Source: Gemmatimonadales bacterium UBA7889 (GTDB lineage: Bacteria > Gemmatimonadota > Gemmatimonadetes > Longimicrobiales > Gaopeijiaceae). From it: a stretch of DNA of 64,000 bases. Within the stretch, counting starts at the first letter, position 1. Each line of letters starts with the position of its first letter. The position numbers and the translations under genes are program-made. The stretch spans positions 31,885 to 95,884 of the forward strand of contig DLRL01000019.1 in the NCBI GenBank assembly GCA_002501085.1, read 5' to 3'. Positions 1-11,282 of the stretch are shown one piece after another. The notes below the pieces were generated by a model. That model was not told the origin of the DNA, did not search any database, and saw only the letters and a list, made by a program, of their open reading frames with translations.

Positions 1-804
1 GCTCGGATCTAGTGCATTCACTAGGCTTCTGGGTCCAGAAAACCGGACCGCGACCACTACCGGTTCTATCGTCACATCAGCGCCGATCCTCTCAGCATCA
101 AACTGTACAGAGAATCCTTGTAAAACCCGCTCAATGTCGTCTTCTACGTTGAGCCCCATGGTGACAACATCAGGAGAGACGTACGCGCCGGATAAGCTTG
201 ACGTGTCGATAGCCACAGAGAAAACCCCGGATTTCTCGACTATGGCAAGATCAAACGGCTCCAACCAGACCGAGTCTAATTGAGAAATCTGACTCTCCGA
301 ACCACGAACTCTTACGTTCAACGGAGCCAACCCAACAGAGCTGGCCAAAGCAAGATTGTCACGTAACTCGCCATAGACACGGGTTGCTATGGGAAGGATG
401 CGTGTCATTGTAGGCTCAAACATGAGCTCTATCATCGCCGGTGAGATGAATTCTACCGTCAGGCCGGTCGACTGACCAAGTTCAACCCAATCACGGTCGA
501 GGAATACGCTCGTATCAGGTGTTCCAACTTGACTAATTGGGATACTCAGAGCTGTACCTTCACGATCCAGTCTGATGATATCACGGGATGAGCCACTAAG
601 TTGGAGTTCGACCTCTGCAGGAGTAGTAGGCCCAGCGAGGGTCCACAACGTGTCGGTCAATTCAACCCGAACCGGTACCCTTTGAAAACTTTCAGAAGAA
701 GTGCGTGGCTCAGTTTGAACCAGAGCCCATAAGAAGACGGACAGGCCTAATGCCGCCAGCTTTAGCCTCCAGTCACGGATCCATGCACTTCTTTTCCTAG
801 GCAT
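1..804 (-). CDS. YbbR-like domain protein (CdaR-type); C-terminus runs off the window
   Basis: Not in the ORF track because there is no stop inside the window. My own translation from the ATG at 804 gives MPRKRSAWIRDWRLKLAALGLSVFLWALVQTEP... This is a basic N-terminus plus one TM helix, followed by repeated beta-rich units typical of YbbR proteins. The frame stays open to position 1. Confidence 0.6.
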   Translation of the reverse strand, partial: MPRKRSAWIRDWRLKLAALGLSVFLWALVQTEPRTSSESFQRVPVRVELTDTLWTLAGPTTPAEVELQLSGSSRDIIRLDREGTALSIPISQVGTPDTSVFLDRDWVELGQSTGLTVEFISPAMIELMFEPTMTRILPIATRVYGELRDNLALASSVGLAPLNVRVRGSESQISQLDSVWLEPFDLAIVEKSGVFSVAIDTSSLSGAYVSPDVVTMGLNVEDDIERVLQGFSVQFDAERIGADVTIEPVVVAVRFSGPRSLVNALDPS

Positions 805-808
805 TCTG

Positions 809-1369
809 TTATCCGTTCGCCAGTAGGCGACGCACAAGATCTTGGTTAACAGGAGCATCCCAACGTGTGCCGCCTGCAACCTTCTTGTAGATCAGCCCAT
901 CCTTCCCAATCAAGAATGTCTCGGGGACACCTGTAGTCTGGTAAGTTCGCTGTATATCTCCGGACGGATCATGGAGAATCCGGAAAGTTAGGCCCAAATC
1001 TTTAGCAAATAGATCTAGGTCACCACCCGCTCTACCGAAATCATCGGACTGACCTAGAGGCGCATCGATACTAACAGCAAGAATCTCAAAGTCTTCGTCG
1101 TCGAGTTCATCATAGAGGCGTTGCATCGAGGGCATCTCCTCGAGGCAGGGCTCACACCAAGTTGCCCAAATATTCAGAAGGATGACCCGTCCATCGAAGT
1201 CTTCCAATGACATGGTGATGCCATCTAGGGATTTAGCAGAAAAGGTCGGTGCACTCGCTCCCGTGATCACCGGCTGAAGGCTTTCCCGCTTAACCCAAGC
1301 AAAGCCAACGACCATTGCTGTCATAAGTATCGCCCAAAGATAGGGGGATCGGAGGAATTTTCGCTTCAT
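809..1369 (-). CDS. TlpA/ResA-family thiol-disulfide oxidoreductase (thioredoxin fold, membrane-anchored or exported)
   Basis: 186 aa with an N-terminal hydrophobic helix, a WATWCEPC CxxC motif and a Redoxin/AhpC-TSA-like layout. Confidence 0.85.
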   Translation of the reverse strand: MKRKFLRSPYLWAILMTAMVVGFAWVKRESLQPVITGASAPTFSAKSLDGITMSLEDFDGRVILLNIWATWCEPCLEEMPSMQRLYDELDDEDFEILAVSIDAPLGQSDDFGRAGGDLDLFAKDLGLTFRILHDPSGDIQRTYQTTGVPETFLIGKDGLIYKKVAGGTRWDAPVNQDLVRRLLANG

Positions 1370-1445
1370 GCGATGTCTCCGAATCCCTTTTGGGATAATG
1401 ATTCTGAGCTCACTTAAGCCCTCCGGTTCCTACGGCCAATAGGAG

Positions 1446-2276
1446 TCATTGTTCCATGCTCTCTCCACTCGCACCAACCTTGAGGCGCACCTCGGCTCCT
1501 CGCTCCAACTCGATTTCAGACGCAGGTTCCTGCTCAACCACAACACCCTGGTCTCTACCGAAGCGAAAGACTTCCTCAATTTCAGAAACCACGAGCCCGA
1601 GTGAATCAAGTAAAACCAACGCCTCTTCTCTATCCAGTCCCAGGACTAATGGCATTGCCACTAAAGCTGGACCAGTACTCACGATCATAAGTACCTCAGC
1701 CGGTAGTGGGATGATAGTGTCGGGAGGAGGAAAGACCTCCAGCACGCTACCCCGAGGCAAGTCGGCCTCAGCCGTATCCATAGACACAATAAATCCACTG
1801 CTCTCAAGAACGATTTGAGCGCGGTCTTCAGTCAGCCCTAGCACATCGGGTACAGATCGTAATTGAGGACCAAGGCTGACCGTAACCCTCACTTGGCTTT
1901 CCGGCCTGAGTACCTGTCCTGGAAGTGGTGACTGGCCGATGATCAACGCCTCTGGTACAGATGGATGTAGCAGGGAGTCAATTTCACCTAAAACCAAACC
2001 TGCGCCCGTTAAGCGTTCACGAGCGGTGGCAAGCCCTCCTCTGCGAATATCCGGTACTTCGAAGAGATCCCCCGTAGGAGGTGGAAGTGGGAAGATGAAT
2101 TGTGTGGTTATCAGATAGCCACCGAACCAACCAAATAGAGCAAGTATTAGCACACTAAACCACAGGCGAGAGTACCTACCCTGTCCTCCTCTCTCGTTGC
2201 TAGCCCCAGCGATTGGCCCACGCGATTTATCACGCCGACTGCGCCTTCTCCGGGCAAGCGAGCCCCCTAACTTCAA
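1446..2276 (-). CDS. Membrane-anchored PASTA-domain protein (three PASTA repeats, no kinase or PBP domain)
   Basis: Arg-rich N-terminus and one TM helix (LWFSVLILALFGWFGGYLI). Three units of about 65 aa follow, of the type VPDVLGLTEDRAQIVLESSGF / MPLVLGLDREEALVLLDSLGL. The start overlaps the rsmB stop by 4 nt. Confidence 0.75.
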   Translation of the reverse strand: MKLGGSLARRRRSRRDKSRGPIAGASNERGGQGRYSRLWFSVLILALFGWFGGYLITTQFIFPLPPPTGDLFEVPDIRRGGLATARERLTGAGLVLGEIDSLLHPSVPEALIIGQSPLPGQVLRPESQVRVTVSLGPQLRSVPDVLGLTEDRAQIVLESSGFIVSMDTAEADLPRGSVLEVFPPPDTIIPLPAEVLMIVSTGPALVAMPLVLGLDREEALVLLDSLGLVVSEIEEVFRFGRDQGVVVEQEPASEIELERGAEVRLKVGASGESMEQ

Positions 2277-3586
2277 TGCATCCTCCTCAACCGGGCCGCG
2301 AACGATCCATCTCGCCCATCCTTGTCAGGGTGCACACAAAGGTAGCCGCTCTCATCCAGAAATTCTCCGGCTACTGTGTCACTCGGTTCTAGTTCAAAAT
2401 CAAGATTCCTCAAAAGAAAGCCCTGTACCAACTCATGGTTTTCTTCTGGCTCAAGAGTACAGGTGGAGTAAATAAGTAGCCCACCCACACGGACGAGGGG
2501 TGCCGCAGAATCCAATAGTCGATCTTGGACCCTAGTGATCTTGGATACTGAATCTGGGCTGAGACGCCAGCGTATATCGGGATGACGCGCAAGAGTACCA
2601 GTACCTGTGCATGGCACATCCAATAAGACTGCATCTGCCGATTTGATCGGTGGATTATGTGCATCAGCAACGACACAATTGACCTCAACACCTGTCCTCT
2701 TCGCATTCTCTTGAACCATACGCATGCGTGACTCCGAGCAGTCGGCAGCTAAAGTAGACCGAACCCCTGTGGCAATTGTGAGAGCCTTGCCACCAGGTGC
2801 CGCACATAAATCAGCAACTTCCATGCCTGGTGATATATTTGCGTAACATGTCACAAGATGTGACGCCGGATCCTGAATGACTGCTTCGGGCAATGCCACC
2901 AACGCAGCTGCCGGACTTGAAGACGGCCTCAACCTCAAGCATTCAGTTCCATAGCCCACAGGATCTCCATCCAGTCCGGCCATCCTCAAGGTTTCCAGGG
3001 CCTCTTCTGCTCGTGCATGGAGAGGAGTTAAACAGGCTAACGGGCGAGTATTGTTAGCTTCAATGAGGTCAAAGACCTTCTGAGTACCCCATCTCTTGAG
3101 CCAACGGTCGACCAGCCACCTTGGATGAGATCCCCATGTCGTAAAGAATCCTACTGGATCAGAATCAAGATCTGGGAATTCCGTCGTATCAGCTCCCACT
3201 GCAGCCAACCTTCGTAACACAGCATTCACAAGTCCAGCTGCGCCCTTACCCGCTAGTGCGCGTACCTGAGCTACTGCCTCTGAAACTGCCGCGTAGTCAG
3301 GCACCGAATGCATATAAAGCAACTGGTAGGCGGCAAGCCTTAGGACTTCTCGTACGTTCGGATCGAGAGTATCCATACCCCTGTGCACATGAGGTGAAAG
3401 TAGATAATCAAGTCGACCTTGAAGTCTTGTCACACCATAGGAGAGTTCGTGAGCGAACGCTCGCTCTCGAGCTTCCACACCTTGGATGCATGACCCCAGA
3501 GCTCTGTCGAGCCGACGTCCGCGCTCAACTTGTTCACGTATTTTATAGGCGGTCCGTCGGCCAAGGCTGCACCCGTCTCTTGTCAC
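2273..3586 (-). CDS. rsmB: 16S rRNA (cytosine967-C5)-methyltransferase RsmB/Sun
   Basis: NusB-like N-terminal domain plus SAM methyltransferase motifs DLCAAPGGK, DVPCTGTG and YSTCT. Confidence 0.9.
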   Translation of the reverse strand: MTRDGCSLGRRTAYKIREQVERGRRLDRALGSCIQGVEARERAFAHELSYGVTRLQGRLDYLLSPHVHRGMDTLDPNVREVLRLAAYQLLYMHSVPDYAAVSEAVAQVRALAGKGAAGLVNAVLRRLAAVGADTTEFPDLDSDPVGFFTTWGSHPRWLVDRWLKRWGTQKVFDLIEANNTRPLACLTPLHARAEEALETLRMAGLDGDPVGYGTECLRLRPSSSPAAALVALPEAVIQDPASHLVTCYANISPGMEVADLCAAPGGKALTIATGVRSTLAADCSESRMRMVQENAKRTGVEVNCVVADAHNPPIKSADAVLLDVPCTGTGTLARHPDIRWRLSPDSVSKITRVQDRLLDSAAPLVRVGGLLIYSTCTLEPEENHELVQGFLLRNLDFELEPSDTVAGEFLDESGYLCVHPDKDGRDGSFAARLRRMH

Positions 3587-3589
3587 GGC

Positions 3590-4408
3590 TCAGTCCAGCA
3601 TTCCCACCTCAGGAGACGACGGAACCGCGATTTCACGAGATTTCATACGCCCAGCTAGAAAGGCGAGCCGCCCAGAAATCGTGGCAGCCTTCATCGCATG
3701 AGCCATCCTGACCGGGTCCTTGGCTGCTGCCAATGCAGTATTCATAAGGACGCCATCCACACCTTGTTCCATGGTGAGACACGCGTCGGACGCAGTTCCT
3801 ACCCCTGCGTCTACGATGATTGGGACTTCAAGCCTCCGCTTGATCTCCCTAATGAAGTAGGGGTTCACAACACCAAGTCCACTGCCGATTGGACTTGCAA
3901 GCGGCATAACTGCGACACAACCCACATCTTCAAGTCGGAGTGCGGTAATGAGATCATCGTTGGTATATGCCATTACCTTGAACCCTTCATCGGCAAGGGT
4001 CTGTGCCGCTTCGATCGTAGCCTGAACGTCCGGTAAAAGCGTCTCGTCATCACCAATGACCTCCAGTTTCACGAACTCGTTGAAGCCAGCTGCCCGAGCC
4101 AGCCTCGCGTACCGGATTGCATCCTCGGCCGTATGGCATCCAGCTGTATTTGCCAATAAGAAAAACTCTTCTGGGTTCAGGTGATGTAGAATTGCCTCCT
4201 CTCTCGTCCGGTCAAGATCCACACGACGCACCGCAACTGTCACCATCTCGGCACCACTCGCCCTAATGGCATTAACCATGATCTGGTTAGTGGCATACTT
4301 TCCGGTACCGACAATAAGGCGTGACGTAAACGTTACTCCTGCTATTTCTAAGGGATTATCGAGTCCTTGTGATACTTCAGCAGTTGCACCAAGGTCAGTT
4401 GTTGTCAT
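3590..4408 (-). CDS. thiG: Thiazole synthase ThiG
   Basis: TIM-barrel ThiG pattern (IAGVTFTSRLIVGTGKY, VKLEVIGD, VMPLASPIGSG). I prefer the ATG at 4408, which is 4 nt after the thiS stop and preceded by GGTGGGGG. The ORF track extends to a GTG at 4423. Confidence 0.9.
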   Translation of the reverse strand: MTTTDLGATAEVSQGLDNPLEIAGVTFTSRLIVGTGKYATNQIMVNAIRASGAEMVTVAVRRVDLDRTREEAILHHLNPEEFFLLANTAGCHTAEDAIRYARLARAAGFNEFVKLEVIGDDETLLPDVQATIEAAQTLADEGFKVMAYTNDDLITALRLEDVGCVAVMPLASPIGSGLGVVNPYFIREIKRRLEVPIIVDAGVGTASDACLTMEQGVDGVLMNTALAAAKDPVRMAHAMKAATISGRLAFLAGRMKSREIAVPSSPEVGMLD

Positions 4409-4412
4409 CGGA

Positions 4413-4631
4413 CTAACCCCCACCTACGAAATGGACAACCTCGATCGTATCCCCTTCACGGATATCAAAATCGGAGTATCTGTCACGATCCAAAATCTTC
4501 CTGTTCAGCTCTACAACTACCGCCAAGGGATTGATCTCAATGGCTTCGAGTAGACTCTGGACTGTATGGCCAAATGTAATATCCCGATCCTTACCATTTA
4601 ATCGGACCTGAATGTGTTCAGTGCTGCTCAA
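4413..4631 (-). CDS. thiS: Sulfur carrier protein ThiS
   Basis: 72 aa with a ubiquitin-like fold, ending in GG (VVHFVGGG). It lies between thiE and thiG and overlaps thiE by 4 nt. Confidence 0.85.
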   Translation of the reverse strand: MSSTEHIQVRLNGKDRDITFGHTVQSLLEAIEINPLAVVVELNRKILDRDRYSDFDIREGDTIEVVHFVGGG

Positions 4632-5275
4632 CTGTGTTCTCCTTCACCCAAATTGAGTTCAGAAAGATAAGCACGAACCGCATCACGTGGATTCTCAGCA
4701 TTCCAGACCCCCCGTATGACAGCAACCCCCTTCGCGCCTGCGGCTAAGACACTACCGACTCGCTCCGGAGTGATGCCACCAATACCCAAAAGCGGCATGT
4801 CCCCAACCATAGGGCACACCCTCAACATGAGTGATACACCCCCTGGCTCTATGCCATCATGGCTGGGGGTCATAAAAAGTGTACCCACAAACGCGTAGTC
4901 CGCACCCTCTTCTTTTGCGATAGCAGATTCCGTCTCATCATGAACGGAGGCCCCAACCGTTAAATCGCGGCCAACAAGTTGACGTACAGCGTAGACAGGG
5001 AAAGATCTCTGCCCTAAATGCACGCCGTCAGCTCCTGTGGTCAACGCGATGTCCAAACGGTCATTCAGAAAGAGACTTCCACCTGTTGCATCCGCTATTG
5101 GGCGCATTTTTGTGACCAATTCGTGAATTTTGCGCCCGTTCGTAGACGGACCACGAATATGCAGGGCCACATCTGGACCTCCCGTTTCGAACACAGTTTT
5201 CATGACTCCTGTGATGTTCTGGCGTGCAAGTACACCATCATCGGTCACCAAGTGAAAGTATGGGATCTTCTTCAC
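4628..5275 (-). CDS. thiE: Thiamine-phosphate synthase ThiE
   Basis: 215 aa TMP-TENI family (LNDRLDIAL, DGVHLGQ, IGGI). The start overlaps the fmt stop by 4 nt. Confidence 0.9.
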   Translation of the reverse strand: MKKIPYFHLVTDDGVLARQNITGVMKTVFETGGPDVALHIRGPSTNGRKIHELVTKMRPIADATGGSLFLNDRLDIALTTGADGVHLGQRSFPVYAVRQLVGRDLTVGASVHDETESAIAKEEGADYAFVGTLFMTPSHDGIEPGGVSLMLRVCPMVGDMPLLGIGGITPERVGSVLAAGAKGVAVIRGVWNAENPRDAVRAYLSELNLGEGEHS

Positions 5276-6246
5276 TCGAAACGCTGGCCCAGTTCAACTC
5301 CCCGGCCATTAATCCAGTCTAGCGCACTCATCCGCTGGCGACCCGCAGGCTGAACTTCCCTGACTAGTACAACACCTGAACTCGTGGAGATCACTAGTCC
5401 CTGTTCCGGGTCAACTCCAACCACAGTACCAGGAGATGGGATTTGAAATGATGTCTGTACGCTAGCCTGGGAAGATTCCAACTCAGGCACGAGCTTCGGC
5501 CTGAAAAACTTGATCGGCATACCGGCTAACTCCGACCACGCTCCCGGAGTGGCATCCATACCACGAATAAAGAGTGCCACCTCATTGGCTGATAAGGTCC
5601 AGTCAATTCTGGCAGTTTTACGATCTACTTTGGGGGCATAGCTCACACCATTTTCCAACTGCTCTCTCTCATCCGCATTACCATGGACAAGAAATTCGAG
5701 CGCTTCTCTGAGTGCTAGGGCTCCGAGTTCAGAAAGCCTAGACATTAGTTCTGATGCGCTATCGTCATCGAAGATGGGTTCAGAGAGCTGATGGATTATC
5801 GGCCCTGCATCCATGGCCTCAACCATGCGCATGACCGTGATTCCTGTCTGCCCGTGCCCGCGTATAATCCCCCAGTTTACAGGTGCTGCTCCTCTCAGCT
5901 GAGGAAGAAGCGAAGCATGTACATTGATCGATCCGAGCGAGGGAAGATCTAATACTTCACGCTTCAGGATATGTCCGTAAGCCACCACCACCGAGAGATC
6001 AGGCCTCAACTTCCTGATTTGCTCAATAAACTGCTCGCCCTGAGGACGAACAGGAGCTAGCACCTCATAGCCCAAAGCAAGTGCCTCTTCTTTTACCGGT
6101 GACCTCTTGATGCGTCGCCCACGTCCGGCAGGTCGGTCAGGCTGTGTAATAACTCCTGCGATTTCTACCCCATCGTTTGCGAGTGCCTTTAGAGATGGGA
6201 CCGCAAAATCGGGTGTCCCCCAGAAGAGAATTCTCATTGCACTCAC
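5272..6246 (-). CDS. fmt: Methionyl-tRNA formyltransferase
   Basis: MRILFWGTPDFAVPSL, the INVHASLLPQLRGAAP motif and a C-terminal Fmt domain. Confidence 0.92.
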   Translation of the reverse strand: MSAMRILFWGTPDFAVPSLKALANDGVEIAGVITQPDRPAGRGRRIKRSPVKEEALALGYEVLAPVRPQGEQFIEQIRKLRPDLSVVVAYGHILKREVLDLPSLGSINVHASLLPQLRGAAPVNWGIIRGHGQTGITVMRMVEAMDAGPIIHQLSEPIFDDDSASELMSRLSELGALALREALEFLVHGNADEREQLENGVSYAPKVDRKTARIDWTLSANEVALFIRGMDATPGAWSELAGMPIKFFRPKLVPELESSQASVQTSFQIPSPGTVVGVDPEQGLVISTSSGVVLVREVQPAGRQRMSALDWINGRGVELGQRFE

Positions 6247-6759
6247 TCAGTCCTCTTCAGCCTGAATCTTTTTCCATTTTTTCATCAAGATACGGCGCTT
6301 TAGTGCGCTGACCCTGTCGACGAACAATATGCCATCGAGATGATCTATCTCATGCTGTAGCACTCGTGCAAAAAGCCCCTCAGCTTCCAGTTCGATGCGC
6401 CCACCATCAATATCTACTGCTTCCACCCGGATAGCTGAGGATCTCTTTATCACCTCTTCAAGTCCCGGAATACTCAGACAACCTTCTGGAGCCTTTTCAT
6501 TCTCGGTACTCGCCCACACCACCTTGGGGTTGATCAGAGCTAAACGGGCCTCAGGATGTTCCTCGCTTCTTAGGTCAATCACCATCACGCGTTGAGAGAT
6601 GTTGATTTGAGGAGCTGCGAGACCAATGCCCTCTGCATGGTACATAGTCTCGAACATATCACGCACCAGCATCTTCAGGTCCTGATCAAACACATCTACT
6701 TCGGCCGCTGCCGTCCGAAGGATGGGGTCGCCCATTATGACGACTTGATGCAAAGCCAC
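6247..6759 (-). CDS. def: Peptide deformylase
   Basis: The three PDF motifs are present: GIGLAAPQ, EGCLSIPG and HEIDHLDG. Confidence 0.95.
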   Translation of the reverse strand: MALHQVVIMGDPILRTAAAEVDVFDQDLKMLVRDMFETMYHAEGIGLAAPQINISQRVMVIDLRSEEHPEARLALINPKVVWASTENEKAPEGCLSIPGLEEVIKRSSAIRVEAVDIDGGRIELEAEGLFARVLQHEIDHLDGILFVDRVSALKRRILMKKWKKIQAEED

Positions 6760-6770
6760 GAAGCGAATCC

Positions 6771-7070
6771 TTACTCCTCTAGCGCGTTACCTTTTTGATC
6801 GAGTACCGTTGCGATGTGGGCACGATCCACCGTCACCCTCGTACTTTCGCCGGTCCTTACTATGAGCTGGGTCTCTTCAGCGTGGACGACTTTCCCGATG
6901 ATACCACCGGTAGTCACGATGTCGTCCCCCTTCCTAACGGAGGACAACATCTCGTCATGTCGCTTTCGTTCCTTTGCTTGTGGCCTGATTAGCAGGAAGT
7001 AAAAGATGGCGAAAATTGCGGCAACCTGAAACAAAATGGGGGCCATAGTTCCACCCTGTGGAACCATCAT
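6771..7070 (-). CDS. yajC: Preprotein translocase subunit YajC
   Basis: Core sequence ILFQVAAIFAIFYFLLIRPQAKERKRH...GDDIVTTGGIIGKV. The ORF-track start at 7220 would overlap tgt by about 100 nt, so I use the internal ATG at 7070. Confidence 0.8.
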   Translation of the reverse strand: MMVPQGGTMAPILFQVAAIFAIFYFLLIRPQAKERKRHDEMLSSVRKGDDIVTTGGIIGKVVHAEETQLIVRTGESTRVTVDRAHIATVLDQKGNALEE

Positions 7071-7113
7071 CAATGCATAAAAGGCAAAATTCACTGAAGA
7101 TCTCCGTACTGGG

Positions 7114-8280
<1,167 letters not shown>

Positions 8281-8372
8281 CTAACCACTGCTCGTTCGAA
8301 TGCAGTCCGACCTTATTTCAGTAGCAACACTCGACACGATCGTTGGCTACCGGATGAGTATAAGAAGTAAGG

Positions 8373-9470
8373 TTAATGGTGATCCACAACCGCCATAGCG
8401 TCTCCGTACGAATAGAACCTGTAACCAAGCGCGATCGCCTGTTGATAGGCTGCCATAGTGTTTTCATACCCTGCAAACGCAGCCACAAGCATCAGTAATG
8501 TGGACCGCGGGAGATGGAAATTGGTCAGCAGACAATTTACAATCTGGAAATTGAACGGGGGACGTATGAAAAGCTGTGTGGTTCCTGACCCAGGTCGTAC
8601 AAGTCCTCCCTCTTCCACAGCCGATTCAAGTGTTCTGACCACGGTTGTCCCTATCGCCCAGATCCGCCTGCCTGCCATGATAGACTTATTGATCACACCA
8701 GCGGCTTCCTCTGATATATGATAGTGTTCCTCGTGTAATTCGTGCTCTGCTGGATCTTCAACCGCTACAGGGCGAAAAGTCCCGATCCCAACATGAAGCG
8801 TCACGGCAACTCGACGGACTCCGTGTTCCTCCAAGCGTGTTAGTAAATCCTTTGTGAAATGGAGCCCGGCCGTGGGTGCCGCTATCGACCCAGACTCACG
8901 AGCGTACACAGTCTGATATCGCTCTCGATCAATTGGCTCATCCGGGCGGCCAATGTAGGGAGGCAGGGGTATATGGCCGTGTTTGTTGATTACAGCCTCT
9001 GGTGTGAGGTCCGAGACAAGCCTGACCAGCCGACCACTTTCCGGTGCTGAATCTAAGATTTCCACTCTTAGGTCAGGTGCGACGACTACCGTCCGGCCAG
9101 GCTTGAGCTTTGATCCCGGTCGCACTAGAGCTTCCCAAACATAAGGGTCATCTGCATCGACTGATGGCCTCACGAGGAGGACCTCGGACAGAGCTCCAGT
9201 TGATTTCCTTCCTAGTAGCCTCGCCGGCAGTACTCTGCTTTCATTGACGACAAGCACATCATCTGGCTCGAACAACTCAACCATATCCCTACACTGCAGG
9301 TGGCGGAATTCAGGAAAGTTGTCTTCTCCCGGTGACAGAGCATCCGTTGGACGTGGCACCACAAGTAGCTTGCTAGCATCCCGAACCGATACAGGGTATT
9401 TCGCCACACGTTCGGACGGAAGTTCGTACTGGTAGTCAGATACGTGGGAACCGTCAGGCGATAACGTCAC
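8373..9470 (-). CDS. queA: S-adenosylmethionine:tRNA ribosyltransferase-isomerase
   Basis: YQYELPSERVAKYP, PLPPYI, AAPTAGLHFT and TTVVRTLES motifs. This is the classic queA-tgt-yajC order. Confidence 0.95.
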   Translation of the reverse strand: MTLSPDGSHVSDYQYELPSERVAKYPVSVRDASKLLVVPRPTDALSPGEDNFPEFRHLQCRDMVELFEPDDVLVVNESRVLPARLLGRKSTGALSEVLLVRPSVDADDPYVWEALVRPGSKLKPGRTVVVAPDLRVEILDSAPESGRLVRLVSDLTPEAVINKHGHIPLPPYIGRPDEPIDRERYQTVYARESGSIAAPTAGLHFTKDLLTRLEEHGVRRVAVTLHVGIGTFRPVAVEDPAEHELHEEHYHISEEAAGVINKSIMAGRRIWAIGTTVVRTLESAVEEGGLVRPGSGTTQLFIRPPFNFQIVNCLLTNFHLPRSTLLMLVAAFAGYENTMAAYQQAIALGYRFYSYGDAMAVVDHH

Positions 9471-9495
9471 CGAAGCGAACTAACCAAGTCCCGTC

Positions 9496-10542
9496 TCACG
9501 ACCCGTCGGTAAAGAGCGATTCCTGAGCATTTAGAGTGCCGTCTGGGATTGTGTAACCGAAACGGCGGAATGCTCGAGGGGTCGCGACACGTCCCTGAGG
9601 AGTCCTCATCAGAAACCCTTCCATAATCAAGAAAGGCTCATAGACCTCTTCCAGGGTGGTCGAATCCTCTCCCATGGCAACAGCTAACGAATTCAGTCCT
9701 ACAGGTCCCCCTTCAAATTTCTCGATGAGTGTTTTGAGGACACGAGCATCCATTTCATCCAAGCCGTACTCATCGACATCTAGCATCTTTAGTGCATCCT
9801 GCGCGACTTGCCGATCAATCTTCCCGTGGGCACGAACTTGAGCAAAGTCTCGGACCCTCTTTAGTAGTCGATTTGCTACTCGCGGAGTACCACGAGCCCG
9901 TCTTGCTAACTCAATAGCCCCCTCTTCATCCACCTCCACATCCAAGATCTCAGCACTCCGACGGACGATGGTCACGAGCTCTTCAGCTGGATAAAAATTC
10001 AGGCGATGCACGATACCAAAGCGGGCACGCATTGGAGCTGTCAACAACCCGAAACGAGTAGTGGCACCTACGAGTGTAAAGGGTTCCACCTTCATCGTCA
10101 TCGTTTGAGCTTTTGGCCCGTCTGAGAGGCGTATATCGACCTGCCAGTCCTCCATCGCAGGATAGAGAAACTCTTCAATGACCGGACGTAGCCGGTGAAT
10201 CTCGTCGATAAAAAGGATGTCCCCTTCCCGTTGGTTAGTCAGAATACCAACTAAGTCAGCCGGTTTCTCGAGTATGGGGCCTGACGTCGTCTTGATGTTG
10301 ACACCCATCTCCCGAGCAAGGAGTGCGGCCAAGGTCGTCTTGCCAAGACCCGGAGGTCCATGGAACAGGATGTGATCAAGAGGCTCACGCCTCTGTTTTG
10401 CAGCTTCAATCGAAATTGACAGCGCTTCCTTGACCTTACCCTGCCCGATGAACTCCTCTAGCTGTCTGGGTCGCAGAGTTGGTCCACTTGCTGAGTCTTC
10501 GGTGAGTGACTCGGGTGTTGTTATATGAGTGTGCTCAGTCAT
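9496..10542 (-). CDS. ruvB: Holliday junction branch migration helicase RuvB
   Basis: [12 protein letters not shown], Walker [18 protein letters not shown] and the [16 protein letters not shown] sensor. Confidence 0.95.
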   Translation of the reverse strand: MTEHTHITTPESLTEDSASGPTLRPRQLEEFIGQGKVKEALSISIEAAKQRREPLDHILFHGPPGLGKTTLAALLAREMGVNIKTTSGPILEKPADLVGILTNQREGDILFIDEIHRLRPVIEEFLYPAMEDWQVDIRLSDGPKAQTMTMKVEPFTLVGATTRFGLLTAPMRARFGIVHRLNFYPAEELVTIVRRSAEILDVEVDEEGAIELARRARGTPRVANRLLKRVRDFAQVRAHGKIDRQVAQDALKMLDVDEYGLDEMDARVLKTLIEKFEGGPVGLNSLAVAMGEDSTTLEEVYEPFLIMEGFLMRTPQGRVATPRAFRRFGYTIPDGTLNAQESLFTDGS

Positions 10543-10697
10543 ACGGAAATCTCCCCGAAGCCCAACACCTCATGCAAGAGATAGACCGAGCACTCAAGAC
10601 CCACACCCCTTGGTCGCTCTGTTACGGCATTGTAGGAATATCCTGTAAAATCAGAGGTTGCTCGACTCAAGATGTTCATAATCAAGTTGCTATAAGT

Positions 10698-11282
10698 TCA
10701 GGTAGCTGAAAGAGCTCGCCGAACCAACTCTTCAGTCGAGTCCGGAACCTCATCCTCCAATACCGCGCGGACCGCGGTATCAGCCACTGAAAATGAGTAG
10801 CCCAGGTTTACTAAGGCCTGCACAGCGTCTTGCGCGCCACCGGTTGCGCCATCCACTACCGGAGTCACAATTGCAAGGTCTGCAACCTTATCTGCAAGAT
10901 CGAGTGCGATTTTCTCTGCCTTCTTCTTTCCTATACCACTCACCTGCTGAAGCGCAGTGGAGTCTTTCTCGACCAGGGCCCTTACAAGACGCTCAGCCGA
11001 ATAAGTTGACATCATTGCGAGAGCAAGCTTCGCACCCACCCCTGTAGCAGTCAGTAGTTTCTGGAAAAGCAGTCGCTCATGAGCGTTGGAAAACCCGTAC
11101 AGAGCGATAGAATTCTCAGTGACGACCTGTAGGGTGCGCAATTCAACTGAGCCACCCGGAGATGGAAGTCCCTGCAAGACCGTGATTGGAACCTCCACCT
11201 CGTAGACGACTCCGCCCGAAGTCTCGACCTCTACACATGTGGCATCTCGGGATAGGAGTTTTCCTTGAAGACGTGAGATCAT
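10698..11282 (-). CDS. ruvA: Holliday junction DNA-binding protein RuvA
   Basis: MISRLQGKL... OB fold, HhH pairs (LLTATGVGAKLALAM, LQQVSGIGKKKAEKI) and C-terminal domain III. The ATG at 11282 gives a 4-nt overlap with the ruvC stop. Confidence 0.9.
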   Translation of the reverse strand: MISRLQGKLLSRDATCVEVETSGGVVYEVEVPITVLQGLPSPGGSVELRTLQVVTENSIALYGFSNAHERLLFQKLLTATGVGAKLALAMMSTYSAERLVRALVEKDSTALQQVSGIGKKKAEKIALDLADKVADLAIVTPVVDGATGGAQDAVQALVNLGYSFSVADTAVRAVLEDEVPDSTEELVRRALSAT

